From the NCBI RefSeq assembly GCF_963921235.1, contig NC_086097.1, positions 119,104,001-119,168,000 on the forward strand: a DNA stretch of 64,000 nucleotides, read 5' to 3'. The number at the start of each line of letters is the position of its first letter. Position 1 is the stretch's first letter. This document shows positions 60,700 to 64,000 of this stretch, one piece after another. Position numbers and translations under genes: made by a program. This DNA is from Mobula hypostoma (Eukaryota). A model generated the notes under the pieces. It made no database searches, was not told the DNA's origin, and was given only the letters and a program-made list of their open reading frames with translations.

Positions 60700-63600
60700 T
60701 CAGTGGTGACAATAGAGCTTTACCAAGAGGGATTTCTCACAGGATGGCGGTGGTTATTTAAAAAGGGAGCTTCGTGAGTGTTTGTCAGATAGTAGAGAGC
60801 ACCCCTGTGGCAATCCATCTCAATAATCGTTATCTCATTTTGGATGCTTTTGAGGGGGGTGACGTGACAGAGGATGACCATGGTGATTAGGTCTCTGGTA
60901 CTGAGCCTAGTTCTGTGGTGCAGAAGGGAAAGAAGAAGACAAGGAATATGGTAGTCATAGGGGATTGCATAGTTAGAGGAACAGACAGGAGGTTCTGTCA
61001 GCATGATAGATATATCCAAGTGGTGTGTTGCCTCCCAGGTGCCAGGGTACGGGATGTCTTGGATCGGGTGCAAAGTATTCTGAAGGGAGAGAGTGAAAAG
61101 CCAGAAGTCTTGGTACACATGGTACACGTTGGTACCAATGACCTAAGTAGAAAAGGAGGGGGTCCTGAAGAGAGAATTCAGGGAGAGAAAATAGGATCTC
61201 TAGGGTAGTAATCTCGGGATTGCTGCCTGTTCCATGTGCTAACGAGTGTAAGAATAGCATGATTAGGAATATTAATGCGTGGCTGAGAGACTGGTGTAGG
61301 GGGCAGGGCTTAGGGTTCCTGGACCATTGGAGCATCTTCTAGGGGAGGTATGACTTGTACAAAAAGAACAGGTTACACCTGAACCCAAAGGGGTCCAATA
61401 TCCTAGCAGGCAGGTTTAATAGAGCTGTTAGAGAGGGTTTAAACTAATTTGGCAGGGGGATGGGAACCAGAGTGATAGGGCTGAGGAAGGGGAAAACAGA
61501 AATATATCAAAGATAGCGTACAACAGAGATGATAGAAAGGAAAGGCAGGAGATGAGGCATAATCACAGCCAGTGGGATGAATTACAGGGCAATAAAGGCA
61601 TGGTACAGTTAAAACAGAAAGTAACAAATACTGGACTGAAAGTGTTGTATTTGAAAGCATGCAGCATAGGGAAAAAAATGGACAATCTTGAAGTTCAGCT
61701 ACAAATTGACAAATATGACATTGTGGCCATCTCCAAAACTTGGCTAAAGGTTGACTGCCATTGGGAGTTGAATGTGCAAGGATATACGGTGTATCAGAAA
61801 GATAGGCTAGTAGTCAAAGGGGGTGGTGTGGCAATGACAAGGGTATAAGGACCCTAATGGCAGCTGTATACAGGCCTCCAAATAGCAGCAGGGATGTGGA
61901 TTACAAATTACAGCAGGAGATAGAAAAGGCATATCAGAAGGGCAATATCATGATAATTTTTGGAGATTTTAACTTGAAAGTGGATTGGAAAAACCAGGCC
62001 AGTACTGGACCTCAGGAGAGAGAATCTGTAGAAGGTTTAAGGGATAGCTTTTTAGATAGCTTGTTGTTGAGCTCACTAGGGGATTGGCTGTGCTAGATTG
62101 GATGTTGTGCAATGATCCAGAGTGATAAGAGAGCTTAAGGTTAAGGAACCCTTGGGGAACAGTGATCACATTATGATTGAGATAACTTTGAAATTTGAGA
62201 AGAAGAAGCTAAATTCCAATGTGTTAGTATTTCACTGGAAGAAAGGAAATTACAATGGCATGAGAGGGGAATTGTCCAAGGTTGACTGGAAAGGACACTA
62301 GCAGGAAGGACAGCAGAGTAGCAATGTCTGGAGTTTCAGAGAAAAATGAGGAAAGTGCAAGACAGATATATTCTAACGAAGAAGAAATTTTCAAATGGAA
62401 GAAGGACACTATCGTGTCTGACAAGTGAAGTAAAAGCGAAAAAGAGGGCATACGAGGAAGCCAAATCTAGTGGGAAGATAGATTATTGGAAAGCTTTTAA
62501 AAACTTCCAGAAGGAAACTAAGAAGATCATTAGGAAGGAAAAGATGAATTATGAAAGGAAGCTGGCGACTAATATCAAAGATACTAAAAGCTTTTTTAAG
62601 TACAAACGTGTATATAAGGAGTAAAAGGGAGTTGAGGGTAGATACAGGACCAAGAGAAAATTATGCTGGAGATATTCTAATGAGAGATGCAGGGATGGCA
62701 GAGGAACTGAATGCGTATTTTGCATCAGTCTTCACAGTAGAAGACATCTGCAATATACTGGACATTCAAGAGTGTCAGGGAAGTGAAGTACATGCAGTGA
62801 AAATTGCAACTGAAAAGGTGCTCAGGAAGCTTAATGGTCTGAGGGTGGATACATCTCCTGGACCTGATGGAATGCACTCTTGGTTCGGAAGGAAGTAGCT
62901 AGAGAGTTTGCGGAGGCAATAACAATAATCCTTCACAAATCGATAGATTCTGGCATTATACCGGATAACTGGAAAATTGCAGATGTTACTCCACTATTTA
63001 AGAAGGGTGGGAGGCAGCAGAAAGGAAACTATAGACCTGTTAGCCTGACATCAGTGGTTGGGAAGTTGTTGGAATCAATTGTTAGGGATGAGATTATGGA
63101 ATACCTGGAAGCACATGACAAGATAGGCCAAAGCCAGCATGGTTTCTTGAAAGGAAGATCCTGCCTGACTAATCTACTGCAATTTTTGAGGAAATTACAA
63201 GCAGTGTAGACAAAGGAGATGCAGTAGATATGGTGTACTTGGATTTTCAGACCTTTGACAAGGTGCCGCACATGAGGTTGCTTAGCAAGATAAGAGCCCA
63301 TGAAATTACAGGGGAGTTACTAGCATGGGTGGAGAATTGGGTGATTGGCAGAAAACAGACAGTGAGAATAAAGGGATCCTACTCTGGCTGGCTGCTGGTT
63401 ACCAGCGGAGTTCCACAAGGGTCGTTTGGGACCGCTGCTTTTTAAGATGTATGTCAAAAGTTTGGACTACGGTATTAATGGATTTGTGGCTAAATTTGGC
63501 AATGATACAAAGATAGGTGGAGGAGCAGGTAGTGCTGAGGAAACAGAGAGCTTGCAGATAGACTTAGATGGTTGAGGGGAATGGGCAAAGAAGTGGCAAA

Positions 63601-64000
63601 TGAAATACAATGTTGGAAAGTGTATGGTCATGCACTTTGGTGGAAGAAATAAACATGCTGACTATTACTTAGATGGAGAGAGAATTCAAGATGCAGAGAT
63701 GCAGAGGGTCTTGGGAGTCCTTGTGAAGGATACCCTAAAGGTTAACCTTCAGGTTGACTCGGTGGTGAAGAAGGCCAATGCAATGTTAGCATTCATTTCT
63801 AGAGGTATAGAATATAAGAGCAGGGATGTGATGTTGAGGCTCTATAAGGCATTCATGAATCCATATTTGGAGTATTGTGTGCAGTTTTGGGCTCCTTATT
63901 TTAGAAAGGATATACTGACATTGGAGAGGGTGCAGAGAAGATTTACAAGAACGATTCCATGAATGAGAACGTTACCATATGAGGAACGTCTGGCCACTCT
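60700..64000 (+). mobile_element. CR1 LINE ORF1 esterase and ORF2 APE-RT, decayed, runs off the window end
   Basis: VVIGDCIVRGTDRRFC…CCLPGARV…HVGTND; AVYRPPN; KGNYRPVSLTSVVGKLLESI…SQHGFLKGRSCLTNL; YLEYCVQFWAPY. Confidence 0.92.

Overview
Vertebrate, repeat-dominated, non-genic-looking window. The repeat repertoire (CR1 LINEs with an SGNH-esterase ORF1, V-SINE-like tRNA SINEs, Rex1/Babar, Penelope-like elements) suggests a cartilaginous fish such as a ray; this is an inference. I recognise no intact host coding gene, rRNA, tRNA or CRISPR array, and nearly all ORF-track hits are decayed transposon frames or their antisense shadows. Main structures: (1) a perfect, spacerless 180-bp palindrome of a hammerhead-ribozyme-bearing Penelope-like terminal repeat, inserted in a CR1 with an exact 14-bp target-site duplication (TSD) (4276-4455); (2) a decayed env-containing class I endogenous retrovirus on the minus strand (about 7085-13485); (3) a CR1 (about 36.9-49.7 kb) hosting four-level nested insertions and a 24-copy 49-bp minisatellite born from its own ORF1; (4) a Gypsy 5' half whose RT is partly inverted at a fold-back junction; (5) a CpG-retaining unique patch near 24.2-24.5 kb that may be a promoter or first exon. 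All alignments were done by eye, so boundaries without a TSD are approximate.
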